NCBI RefSeq assembly: GCF_000734015.1 | Contig: NZ_CP008796.1 | Location: 360,001-392,000 of the forward strand | Direction of reading: 5' to 3' | Source of the DNA: Thermodesulfobacterium commune DSM 2178 | GTDB lineage: Bacteria > Desulfobacterota > Thermodesulfobacteria > Thermodesulfobacteriales > Thermodesulfobacteriaceae | Length of the DNA: 32,000 nucleotides | Part shown: positions 24,634-32,000 of the stretch, one piece after another | Layout: the number at the start of each line of letters is the position of its first letter | Position numbering within the stretch: the stretch's first letter is position 1 | Translations under genes and position numbers: made by a program | The notes under the pieces: generated by a model | Database searches by the model: none | What the model was told of the DNA's origin: nothing | Seen by the model: the letters and a program-made list of their open reading frames with translations, nothing else

Positions 24634-24662
24634 ACTATACCACAGGCTAAAAAATAAATCAA
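24634..24662 (-). promoter_or_regulatory. Candidate sigma70-type promoter placed for a leaderless or near-leaderless transcript of the FAD-dependent oxidoreductase gene
   Basis: The minus strand reads TTGATT (24662-24657), 17 nt spacer, TATAGT (24639-24634). Only 8 nt (tttttaat) separate the -10 from ATG 24625, with no Shine-Dalgarno. Confidence 0.4.
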
Positions 24663-24750
24663 ACCATCACTAAACAGTAAGTTTTCCCATCCAGGCGTGA
24701 TAAAGGTTTAGGAGAAAAAATTTTCTTGAGCCTTTTAGGGGTTGAATTAA

Positions 24751-24779
24751 AGCTGTAATAATTTTGGTTTTTTACAGCT
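24751..24779 (-). terminator. Possible weak terminator hairpin at the end of ldcA
   Basis: 8-bp inverted repeat agctgtaa (24751-24758) / ttacagct (24772-24779) with a 13-nt loop. It overlaps the ldcA stop codon and is followed on the minus strand by only TTTAATT. Confidence 0.3.
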
Positions 24780-25635
24780 ATAGTTCTTGTGAAAAAATAG
24801 CCTTATCTTTAAAAACTTTCAACCTTCCCTTTTTTCCTAAAATAAAAGGAAAATTGTCTGAGATATGTCCTACAGAAAATCCATAGCCTATAGGAATATC
24901 TTTTTTTAAATAAAGAGAGAGAGTCTGTAAAATAGGTTTTATGTCTGTTATTCCCAAATCTCCCAAGGCTAAACCTTTTAGGTTTCCCCTACTAACAGTA
25001 AAAATTAACTGAAGAAGAAACCTTTCTATACGATAAGGTTTTTCGTTGATTTCTTCTATAAAAAGAATGAAAGGTTCTTCCATAAGAGGAAAATAGGGGG
25101 TTCCACAAAGACCGGCTAACGTAGCTAAATTCCCTCCCAATACCACCCCTTCAGCCACCCCTTCAACCCAACCCTTTCCCTCTAAAACTAACTTAGTTTT
25201 TTTTCGCAAAATTAAATCTAAAAGTTCTCCCCAGGCCTTTGGGTTAAGTTTGTTTAAACTAACCACATTGGGAGCATGTATACCTGATTTTTTAAACCTT
25301 TTATAGAGATAAACATGAAGGGCGGTGATGTCACTAAAACCTATCAAACAAGGCTTATGTAACAGGTTTTCGTTGTCTGACAAAAATTCATCAAGATAGG
25401 GAAGAAGTTTAAGACATCCAAAACCTCCTCTTACTGCCCATAGGTAGTCCCATTTAGGTTCGGTAAGAAATAAAGCTACTTCTTTAGCTTTTTCGTAAGG
25501 AGTTTTTGAATTAAAGTTAACAAAAGATTGAATCTCAATTTCATTAATTTTAAAAAATTCAAGAGCTTTCTTATATTCTTCTGGGGCAGGAAGACTTGCC
25601 GGAGAGAAGATGGCTATTTTAACCGGGCTTTCCAT
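24778..25635 (-). CDS. ldcA: LD-carboxypeptidase (muramoyl-tetrapeptide carboxypeptidase, peptidase S66)
   Basis: 285 aa. Nucleophile motif GFSDITAL, the acidic IEEINEKPYRIERFL segment, and the GH(ISDN)FP..LG histidine motif. Confidence 0.83.
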   Translation of the reverse strand: MESPVKIAIFSPASLPAPEEYKKALEFFKINEIEIQSFVNFNSKTPYEKAKEVALFLTEPKWDYLWAVRGGFGCLKLLPYLDEFLSDNENLLHKPCLIGFSDITALHVYLYKRFKKSGIHAPNVVSLNKLNPKAWGELLDLILRKKTKLVLEGKGWVEGVAEGVVLGGNLATLAGLCGTPYFPLMEEPFILFIEEINEKPYRIERFLLQLIFTVSRGNLKGLALGDLGITDIKPILQTLSLYLKKDIPIGYGFSVGHISDNFPFILGKKGRLKVFKDKAIFSQEL

Positions 25636-26384
25636 AGGAAATAAAGGCCTTCTAACGTAAGATAAGGGTCGATTTTTTCTATGGTGGTTGTAAGTGGGAC
25701 TAAAAACTTGGCTAAACCACCCGTGGCTATAACCTTAGGATTGCTACCCATCTCTTCAGAAAGTTTTTTAACCAAGGTATCTGTTAGTCCAGCAAAACCT
25801 ATCAAAAGTCCACTTTTTAGGGCTGAAATAGTATCTTTCCCTATAGCCTGAGTAGGGGGTTCACTTAAATCTATTTTAGGAAGCTTGGCAGTGCCTTTAA
25901 AGAGGGCTTCAGTAGAGATAAAAATCCCTGGAGCAATAGCACCTCCAAGATAAACTCCCGTTGAAGAGATACAGTCGAAGGTTATGGCTGTACCAAAATC
26001 AACTATAATCAAAGGCCCTTTATATTTTTCCCATCCTGCGAGAGCGTTAACTAACCGATCTGCCCCTACCTCACATGGATAAAGAAGGTCTAAAGGAATG
26101 TTGACCGTTTCGTGGTTAGCAATCAAAACCTCTTTGGCTAACCACCTTTTACCTACTTCGACCCACCAGTTTAACACAGGAGGAACTACACAAGCTATCG
26201 ATATTCCTTCTAATTTTTTAAATTCTATTTGATAAAGATCTAGATAAGTCTTTATTTTTACCAAAAGCTCTTCTGCAGAAACAGGAACAAAGGTTTTAAA
26301 GCTAAAAAGAGCCTTTAATCGTCCGTTTTCCTCAAAAACTCCACAGGTAGTAGCCGTATTACCTATGTCTACGGTAAGAAGCAT
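25614..26384 (-). CDS. coaX: Type III pantothenate kinase
   Basis: 256 aa. MLLTVDIGNT, EVGADRLVNA, IVDFGTAITFD, ATGG. Confidence 0.9.
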   Translation of the reverse strand: MLLTVDIGNTATTCGVFEENGRLKALFSFKTFVPVSAEELLVKIKTYLDLYQIEFKKLEGISIACVVPPVLNWWVEVGKRWLAKEVLIANHETVNIPLDLLYPCEVGADRLVNALAGWEKYKGPLIIVDFGTAITFDCISSTGVYLGGAIAPGIFISTEALFKGTAKLPKIDLSEPPTQAIGKDTISALKSGLLIGFAGLTDTLVKKLSEEMGSNPKVIATGGLAKFLVPLTTTIEKIDPYLTLEGLYFLWKARLK

Positions 26385-26402
26385 AGGTTGTCTTACCTCC
26401 CT

Positions 26403-27215
26403 TTAACTAAGTTTTTTTACCAACCAGCAAACCCAGTTTTGAGAAGTTCTCCTTATAACCATTTCAAGGGGAAGGGTTGAGATTTTTTCTAAAAGTTCTT
26501 TTTCCATATCCAGGCTAAATCCTGAAAGTAGGTAATACTTTGCCTGCCAAAAATGCTCGTTTTCAAAGAGTTTAAGTAATAAAAGTCGATAAAGATTCCC
26601 TAATACCAATTCAGCTTTTATAGGTAACAGGTCCAAGATATTTCCTTGTTTTAACTCCGCCTGATTTCTTAAACCGTTAAGTTCTAAATTATGTTCGGTA
26701 ACCTTTATACATAAAGGATTAAGGTCAACCGCGGTGACGTTAGCACCTAACTTTGCCCAAAAAAGCGTTAAAATACCACTGCCACACCCTATATCTAACA
26801 CATGCTTAGGTTTGTCAAACTTGGTATAAAGCTCCCAACTTAACTCAAGCATCATAGCGGTGGTAGGATGCTGTCCCTCTCCAAAAACTACGCTTGGGTC
26901 AAAGACTAAATCCCAGTTTCCCTCAACCCAAACAGGAGCTATGGTGAGATTTCCTACTTTTATAGGTTGGGGAAACCGGTTTTCATTCCACTCTTTATAA
27001 GGGATAACTTGCTTATCATAAACCTCTAATTCATATTGTTCAACCAATTTTTCTATCAACTCCTCTTTGGGACGGTGAAAAAATAATATACCCATTCCAT
27101 CTTCTTCCCAAAAACCTATAAAATCTTCGTCTTCAAGTTGGTGCAATTTAGGATGGGAAGGTTTAACCATATAGGTGTAAAGATTTTGATAATTTTTGTG
27201 CTTACCTTTTAACAT
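26403..27215 (-). CDS. prmA: Ribosomal protein L11 methyltransferase
   Basis: 270 aa. FGEGQHPTT (PrmA FGTGxHxTT motif) and SAM motif VLDIGCGSGILT. Confidence 0.85.
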   Translation of the reverse strand: MLKGKHKNYQNLYTYMVKPSHPKLHQLEDEDFIGFWEEDGMGILFFHRPKEELIEKLVEQYELEVYDKQVIPYKEWNENRFPQPIKVGNLTIAPVWVEGNWDLVFDPSVVFGEGQHPTTAMMLELSWELYTKFDKPKHVLDIGCGSGILTLFWAKLGANVTAVDLNPLCIKVTEHNLELNGLRNQAELKQGNILDLLPIKAELVLGNLYRLLLLKLFENEHFWQAKYYLLSGFSLDMEKELLEKISTLPLEMVIRRTSQNWVCWLVKKLS

Positions 27216-27252
27216 ATTTTCAAAATATTGCTTTTAATATTTTAAAAATTTT

Positions 27253-28494
27253 TTAAATCTCAGCAATCAAAAAGCCAAAAAACAAAATTAAAATAAGGTT
27301 CATTACCAAAAAGATGATAATTTGGGTTCTGTTTTTTATATAGAATTTTTTAAAATTAAAACCCTCTAAAGAAGCTTGTTGTAAAAAACAGACCCTTTCA
27401 AAAATACCGTAATGATGCCAGTTTTTTTTATAGATTTGTCCTGAAATTTCTCCTATTTTAAGAAGAGAAGTAATTATACCTTTCGGGTTACCAAGTACGG
27501 TTAAAGCGTAAAAATCGGCCTCTCTCTCAAGCTGTCTTAAAAAATAACCGAATATATATCTTAAGTAAAGATATGAGGAAAAAACCAAAACCAGGGCGCT
27601 AAGGGTTTCTGTATAATAAGAAGGTAAACTTTTTAAATACATTACAACCTTTAAACCTAAAAGCTGGTCAAAAAAAGAAAACAAGCAAAAAATCGATGTT
27701 AGATATAAAGGAAGTCCTAATAAAACTAAAAGTAACCAAAAAGCATGTTTATTTTTTATGTGTGCAAGTTCGTGAGCTAAAACCCCTATAAGTTCTTCTT
27801 CGTTGAGAAGGTCTAACAGAGGTTGAGAAAAGAAAATATATTTAAATTTAGGAAAAAAACCTATTACTCCAGCTGTATAAATTTTTTTGCCAAAGTCTTT
27901 AAGTACATAAATTTCCTTTATTTTAACCCCAAAGGTTTGAAAAAACCTAAAAACTAGTTCTCTTGTTTTTATGTCTTCTAATACCTTTACCGGAAATAAT
28001 CTAATCATAAAAACCGGAGAAATAAAAAGCACCAGAAAAAAGATTAAAGGATAGGCATAACTTTCCAGTTTAAAATTAAGGATATCCAAAACATTTTCTA
28101 TCAAAATCAAAGTGATTATAGGGCTCATCATGCCAAGAATTATTTTTAAATAAGCCAAAGAAAACCCAAAAAGAAAAACCCTTATTAGTACTACATAGTG
28201 TAAAAACCACAAAAAACCTAAAAGAGAAGAAAAATAATATCGATTTAAAAAGGATTTAAAACCAAACAGCCCAAGGTCAACCACAAACAAAACCAGCATA
28301 AACAGGTTAAAAAAATTAATCCAAAAGCCTGAAAGTTTTTGAGGTTTTAAAAATTTTTTAAATAGAATAAGAGTTAAAAAAAAGAAAATTTCTTTAAAAA
28401 TAAAAATAACAGGAGAAAAACTTGGATTAGTTTCTGGAAAAAGTTCAAAAAGTATAAAACCTATCCAAAGATAGATAAGTTCTTCATAAAACAC
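27253..28494 (-). CDS. Integral-membrane M48-family zinc metalloprotease (HtpX/Ste24-like)
   Basis: 413 aa and very hydrophobic. HELAHIKNKH (HExxH) with downstream EREADFYA. GTG start abuts the pheA stop (TAAGTG). Confidence 0.75.
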   Translation of the reverse strand: MFYEELIYLWIGFILFELFPETNPSFSPVIFIFKEIFFFLTLILFKKFLKPQKLSGFWINFFNLFMLVLFVVDLGLFGFKSFLNRYYFSSLLGFLWFLHYVVLIRVFLFGFSLAYLKIILGMMSPIITLILIENVLDILNFKLESYAYPLIFFLVLFISPVFMIRLFPVKVLEDIKTRELVFRFFQTFGVKIKEIYVLKDFGKKIYTAGVIGFFPKFKYIFFSQPLLDLLNEEELIGVLAHELAHIKNKHAFWLLLVLLGLPLYLTSIFCLFSFFDQLLGLKVVMYLKSLPSYYTETLSALVLVFSSYLYLRYIFGYFLRQLEREADFYALTVLGNPKGIITSLLKIGEISGQIYKKNWHHYGIFERVCFLQQASLEGFNFKKFYIKNRTQIIIFLVMNLILILFFGFLIAEI

Positions 28495-29571
28495 TTAATT
28501 TTTCCCTTTGGGATAAGAGCCTAACCAAATTACCTGTAAACAGTGGTTTTTCATCTCTTCTATACATTCTTGTAATATAGGCTCCTGGATATGGCCCTCA
28601 CAATCAAGAAAAAAGATATATTTCCAGGGTTCATTTTTAGAAGGCCTGCTTTCTATCTTGGTTAAGTTTATCTTTCTTTTAGCAAAGCACCCCAGCACCT
28701 CAAACAAAGCTCCAGGTCTGTCTGAAACACTAAAAATCAGAGAAGTTTTATCCTCGCCAGTAAATGGAACTTCTTCTTTTCCGATAATCCAAAACCTGGT
28801 TGAGTTACCTTTTATGTCTTCGATGTTTTTAGCTACCACCTGAAGATGGTATAACTTGGCAGCCATAAGACTTGCTATGGCGGCAACTTTTTCGTCCACA
28901 GCTGCCCATTTAGCAGCAAGTGCTGTAGAAGGTACAGTATCCACAGGTACTGAAGGTAGTTTTTTTCTTAACCATTTTCTACACTGAGCTATAGCTTGAG
29001 GATGAGAGAGAACTTTTTTAATATCTTCAAGTCTTCCGGTTTGATTTAACAGATGGTGCGAAATAGGTTGATAGACTTCTCCACAGACTTTTAGACCATA
29101 TTCATATATAGCATCAAGGGTAGTAGTTACTACCCCTTCGATAGAGTTTTCTATAGGCACTACCCCAAACTTCACCCTCTCGCTTGCTACTTCTTCAAAT
29201 ACGTCTAATATGGTTTCAACAGGGATGAGCTCAGCAGAGGTACCAAAATATTCTAAGGCGGCGATGTGACTAAAGGTAGCTTCAGGTCCAAGATAAGCTA
29301 CCTTGATTTTTTCTTGAACACTTCTACAGGCTTTTATGATTTCAGAGTATATTACTTTTAAAGCTTCTTCAGGGAAAAAACCTTGGTTTTGCTTAAGAAT
29401 TCTTCCTAAAATTTCTTTTTCTCTGCTAAGGTCGAAGCTTTGAAACCCAGCCTTTTCTTTTATCTTTCCGATGGTTTTAGCTAACTCTAAACGTTTTTTA
29501 AGTAGAGAAAGCAGTTGCTCGTCAATCTTATCTATTTTTTGCCTTAATTTTTTTAGATCTTCTTTATTCAT
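28495..29571 (-). CDS. pheA: Bifunctional chorismate mutase / prephenate dehydratase (P-protein)
   Basis: 358 aa. N-terminal CM helix pattern (LRQKIDKIDEQLLSLLKKRLELA), PDT domain with NSTRFW (TRF), and ACT domain with IESRPSK (ESRP). Confidence 0.9.
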   Translation of the reverse strand: MNKEDLKKLRQKIDKIDEQLLSLLKKRLELAKTIGKIKEKAGFQSFDLSREKEILGRILKQNQGFFPEEALKVIYSEIIKACRSVQEKIKVAYLGPEATFSHIAALEYFGTSAELIPVETILDVFEEVASERVKFGVVPIENSIEGVVTTTLDAIYEYGLKVCGEVYQPISHHLLNQTGRLEDIKKVLSHPQAIAQCRKWLRKKLPSVPVDTVPSTALAAKWAAVDEKVAAIASLMAAKLYHLQVVAKNIEDIKGNSTRFWIIGKEEVPFTGEDKTSLIFSVSDRPGALFEVLGCFAKRKINLTKIESRPSKNEPWKYIFFLDCEGHIQEPILQECIEEMKNHCLQVIWLGSYPKGKN

Positions 29572-29572
29572 T

Positions 29573-29800
29573 TTAAGAAGAGATTATCTTTAATGCCCTT
29601 AAAAGTTTGGTCATAACCTTTCGAGTATTTCTTTTTTCAAAACATTCTTTACACAAATAAGCACCTCTACCTTGAAGCTTTTTTTCAGGGTCAAAAACCA
29701 AAGCCCCTCCCTTATTTACAAACCTAAAAAGCTCAAACTTAGGTGCCTTCTTTTTACAAAAGGCACAGGTCCTTTCAGGGATGTGTCCTTTTTTAACCAA
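29573..29800 (-). CDS. ylxR: YlxR/RnpM-family (DUF448) RNA-binding protein
   Basis: 75 aa. RTCAFCKKK and GRGAYLC motifs. Overlaps the nusA end by 8 nt, the canonical position. Confidence 0.85.
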   Translation of the reverse strand: MVKKGHIPERTCAFCKKKAPKFELFRFVNKGGALVFDPEKKLQGRGAYLCKECFEKRNTRKVMTKLLRALKIISS

Positions 29801-31058
29801 TTTGTTCTTTTTTAGCCTTTTCTAAAATCTGGGTTACTTGGTCTAAACTTAATTTGGTAATCTCTGCTATTTTTTCAGCAGGGGTTTCTAAAAGGGTCTT
29901 AAGGTCTTTTATTCCTGCTTCGTACAAGTGTCCGGCAGTTTCGTCTGATAGTCCCGTTACTTTAAGAAGCTTTAAAAACTCAGGCTCTTGTCTTCTTAAA
30001 AATTGAGTTTCGCTTAGTATGTCTATCTTCCATCCTACAAGTTTAGAGGCAAGTTTAACGTTTTCTCCCTTTTTTCCTATGGCAAGAGAAAGTTGATCAT
30101 CAGGCACTACTACCTCTAAAAGTTTATTTTTTTCATCTACTATTACTTTACTACACTCTGCTGGAGCTAAAGCATTGTAGACAAACTTGGCTGGGTCTGG
30201 ATCCCATAGTACTACGTCAATCTTTTCTCTATATTCTCTTTTATCTCCTTTTGAGGCAAGGTTTATCTCTTCTAAGATTACCGAAATCCGAGAACCTCTA
30301 ACCCCAATGCAAGCCCCTACAGGGTCCACATGCGGGTTGGTAGAGGTAACAGCAATTTTAGTCCTTGAACCAGGTTCTCTGGCTACAGCTACTATCTTTA
30401 CAATCCCTTCTTGTATTTCAGGGACCTCTTTCTCAAACAGCTTTTTCACAAAAGCAGGATGAGAACGGGAGACCACCAATTGAGGTTCCTGTTGCCTGTA
30501 AACCTCTATCAATAGCGCTTTTAGACGAGTTCCTCTGATGTATTTTTCTCCTGGGACTTGTTCTTCTTCAGGTAAAAGGGCTTCAGCCCTACCCACAGAA
30601 AGGATCACTCCTCTTTTATCAAACCTGTGGACATAACCACTTACAATATCTCCCAGCTTATGTTTAAACTCTTCATATACGACCTGCTTTTCTGCTAACC
30701 TTACCTTTTGAGAAAAGAGTTGTTTGACTATTTGGGCAGCAATCCTTCCAAGTTCTTGAAGTTCTATCTTTTCTCCTATCAAGTCTCCTATCTTTGCATC
30801 TAATCCCATTTTTTGTAGCTCTTCTAAAGACACCTCAGTTTCAGGGTTAGAAACCTGAGATACCACTTCTTTTAATCTATAAATTTCGATCGTTCCGTTT
30901 TCCTCGTTGTACTTTACCTCAATCTTGACTTTACTACCAAACTTTTTCTTGGCTGCAGTTTTTACCCCTTCAAGCAAAGCTTCAATCAAAATTTCTTTAG
31001 AAAGCCCTTTTTCTTTACTTAAAGCTTCTATAACTTTTTTTAGTTCTCCTTGTTGCAT
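29793..31058 (-). CDS. nusA: Transcription termination/antitermination factor NusA
   Basis: 421 aa. N-terminal domain, S1 (GDIVSGYV), KH1/KH2 (DPVGACIGVRGSRI, LAIGKKGENVKLAS) and one short C-terminal HhH-type repeat. Confidence 0.95.
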   Translation of the reverse strand: MQQGELKKVIEALSKEKGLSKEILIEALLEGVKTAAKKKFGSKVKIEVKYNEENGTIEIYRLKEVVSQVSNPETEVSLEELQKMGLDAKIGDLIGEKIELQELGRIAAQIVKQLFSQKVRLAEKQVVYEEFKHKLGDIVSGYVHRFDKRGVILSVGRAEALLPEEEQVPGEKYIRGTRLKALLIEVYRQQEPQLVVSRSHPAFVKKLFEKEVPEIQEGIVKIVAVAREPGSRTKIAVTSTNPHVDPVGACIGVRGSRISVILEEINLASKGDKREYREKIDVVLWDPDPAKFVYNALAPAECSKVIVDEKNKLLEVVVPDDQLSLAIGKKGENVKLASKLVGWKIDILSETQFLRRQEPEFLKLLKVTGLSDETAGHLYEAGIKDLKTLLETPAEKIAEITKLSLDQVTQILEKAKKEQIG

Positions 31059-31074
31059 AAAGGTATGCTCCTTT

Positions 31075-31542
31075 TTAAAATTTTAACTCTGGTTGAAGAT
31101 TAGCTTTTTTAATCTCACCTAAAGGCAATCTCCAAACCTTTTGATCTACCTCTAACAACAAAAATTCTTCTTCAATCCCTAAAATAATGCCTGAAAAATT
31201 TTTTCTTCCTTCTAAAGGAGTTTTTAAAACTACTTTAGCCTTTTCTCCACGAAACCTTTCAAAATCTTCCTTTTTTACCAGTGGCCTCTCAATTCCAGGA
31301 GAAGAAACTTCTAAGTTATAAGAATGGTGAATAAGGTCTTCTTTATCTAAAATTTTACCTACTATTTCACTAATCTTAGCGCAATCTCCTATGGTAACTC
31401 CACCAGGTTTGTCGATAAACAACCTTAAAACCCAACCTGTTCTTTCTCTTTTCCATTCAAGGTCTACAAGCTCTATCCCCTTTTTTAAGATAGGGGTCTC
31501 AATAAGCTCTCTAATTTTTTCTTTTAAGTCCTTTTCTATCAT
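31075..31542 (-). CDS. rimP: Ribosome maturation factor RimP
   Basis: 155 aa. LEVSSPGIERPL motif. Lies directly upstream of nusA. Confidence 0.9.
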   Translation of the reverse strand: MIEKDLKEKIRELIETPILKKGIELVDLEWKRERTGWVLRLFIDKPGGVTIGDCAKISEIVGKILDKEDLIHHSYNLEVSSPGIERPLVKKEDFERFRGEKAKVVLKTPLEGRKNFSGIILGIEEEFLLLEVDQKVWRLPLGEIKKANLQPELKF

Positions 31543-31565
31543 TTTGCCCTTAAAAATAAAATAAG

Positions 31566-31637
31566 AGCGGGCGACGGGATTCGAACCCGCGACCCCCAGC
31601 TTGGGAAGCTGGTGCTCTACCCCTGAGCTACGCCCGC
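31566..31637 (-). tRNA. tRNA-Gly (anticodon CCC); no encoded CCA
   Basis: The minus strand folds by hand as GCGGGCG-TA-GCTC-AGGGGTA-GAGC-A-CCAGC-TTCCCAA-GCTGG-GGGTC-GCGGG-TTCGAAT-CCCGT-CGCCCGC-T. It is a 72-nt cloverleaf with a 7-bp acceptor stem, GG in the D loop, TTCGAAT in the T loop and a U discriminator. Confidence 0.92.
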
Positions 31638-31652
31638 TTTTTATAAGATAAA

Positions 31653-31680
31653 ATTATAAATTATTTCTTCAGTTTGGCAA
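31653..31680 (-). promoter_or_regulatory. Candidate sigma70-type promoter for tRNA-Gly (and probably the rimP-nusA operon)
   Basis: The minus strand reads TTGCCA (31680-31675), 16 nt spacer, TATAAT (31658-31653). The -10 ends 15 nt before the mature tRNA 5' end. Confidence 0.45.
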
Positions 31681-31750
31681 GGTTGTTTTTTATTAAGTTT
31701 GTATAATCTACTTGAAAAAAGGAGCATTACTTTTAAAATCAAATATGTAG

Positions 31751-32000
31751 ATGAAAAAAATCAAATTCATTTTTAAAAATCTAAGTTTAAGTACAAAGTT
31801 TACCTTGTATCTTCTGTTTGTTATTACTCTTTTCTGTTTTCTTTTTTCTACGATAATTTATTATTTTTTAAAAAATCAAGCAATGGAAGAGGCAAGAAGA
31901 GAAGCTGAACTCTTAATTACTCAAATAGATGCCTTAGGTGATTATGTAAAAGAAGAGTTAAGACCTTCTCTTTTTAGATTTTTTAAAGAATCAAACATAA
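31751..32000 (+). CDS. N-terminal fragment (83 codons, runs off the window) of a membrane-anchored protein, possibly a sensor or signal-transduction protein
   Basis: It has no stop in the window and is absent from the supplied ORF track. ATG 31751 gives MKKIKFIFKNLSLSTKFTLYLLFVITLFCFLFSTIIYYFLKNQAMEEARREAELLITQIDALGDYVKEELRPSLF. That is a basic N-terminus, one TM helix, then a helical segment resembling the start of periplasmic sensor domains. No good SD; the function call is weak. Confidence 0.4.
   Translation, partial: MKKIKFIFKNLSLSTKFTLYLLFVITLFCFLFSTIIYYFLKNQAMEEARREAELLITQIDALGDYVKEELRPSLFRFFKESNI

Noticed and set aside
27222-27243. Inverted repeat aaaatatt / aatatttt between the M48 protease and prmA, considered as a terminator.
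   Set aside because: The stem is made only of A-T pairs and would be unstable, especially in a thermophile. It has no U-tract context, and the genes are 37 nt apart in an obvious co-directional string.
1168-30462. Sixteen short ORFs in the supplied track lie antisense to, or out of frame within, larger genes: 1168-1362(-), 3829-4095(-), 11502-11696(+), 12102-12377(+), 12562-12762(+), 13399-13683(+), 14222-14491(-), 17521-17748(-), 18289-18570(-), 18409-18720(+), 19210-19395(+), 20722-20961(+), 23886-24146(+), 24441-24650(+), 28658-28843(+), 30187-30462(+).
   Set aside because: Each is fully embedded in a longer ORF with clear family motifs. Their translations are low-complexity (S/L/F/K-rich), lack RBSs and show no recognisable motifs. 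They look like typical shadow ORFs of AT-rich coding DNA.
31745-31753. ATG-TAG-ATG arrangement: a minimal start-stop mini-ORF directly abutting the ATG of the partial membrane-protein gene.
   Set aside because: It is only 6 nt and has no RBS for either ATG. It is easily produced by chance in AT-rich DNA, so there is no support for a regulatory start-stop element.

Overview
Compact, AT-rich bacterial chromosome segment. The K/E/I-rich proteins, many overlapping start/stop codons and intergenic gaps mostly under 60 nt give it a thermophile style. A NirJ/AhbD-like radical SAM enzyme, a DsrE-like selenoprotein and a YeeE/YedE-like permease hint at an anaerobic sulfur-metabolising lineage such as Thermodesulfobacteriota, but that is inference only. 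About 32 protein genes and one tRNA lie in five strand blocks: + 1-11212, - 11207-13655, + 13902-18946, - 19068-31637, + 31751 to the window end. Content is mainly housekeeping: galU (partial), priA, an aroD-aroE-aroA-aroK shikimate run, ugd, a PBP5-type DD-carboxypeptidase, polX, hpt-gyrB-dnaN, ldcA, coaX, prmA, an M48 protease, pheA, and tRNA-Gly-rimP-nusA-ylxR. I saw no mobile elements, CRISPR arrays, rRNA or obvious defence islands. Five things deserve a second look. (1) The 66-aa ORF at 3034 is cut short by an in-frame TGA followed by a SECIS-like hairpin, so it reads as a ~103-aa DsrE-like UxxC selenoprotein. (2) A zinc-finger-less ClpX paralog with a duplicated, degenerate lid domain is followed directly by a pseudo-receiver domain and a NirJ/AhbD-like radical SAM gene. 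(3) polX abuts a short UvrA-like ATPase whose second ATPase site is degenerate, followed by a YeeE/YedE-like membrane protein. (4) A stand-alone IMP-cyclohydrolase half of PurH heads the shikimate genes. (5) A tRNA-Gly leads the rimP-nusA-ylxR operon, which runs into pheA instead of infB. All family calls rest on motif recognition by eye; no database search was possible.
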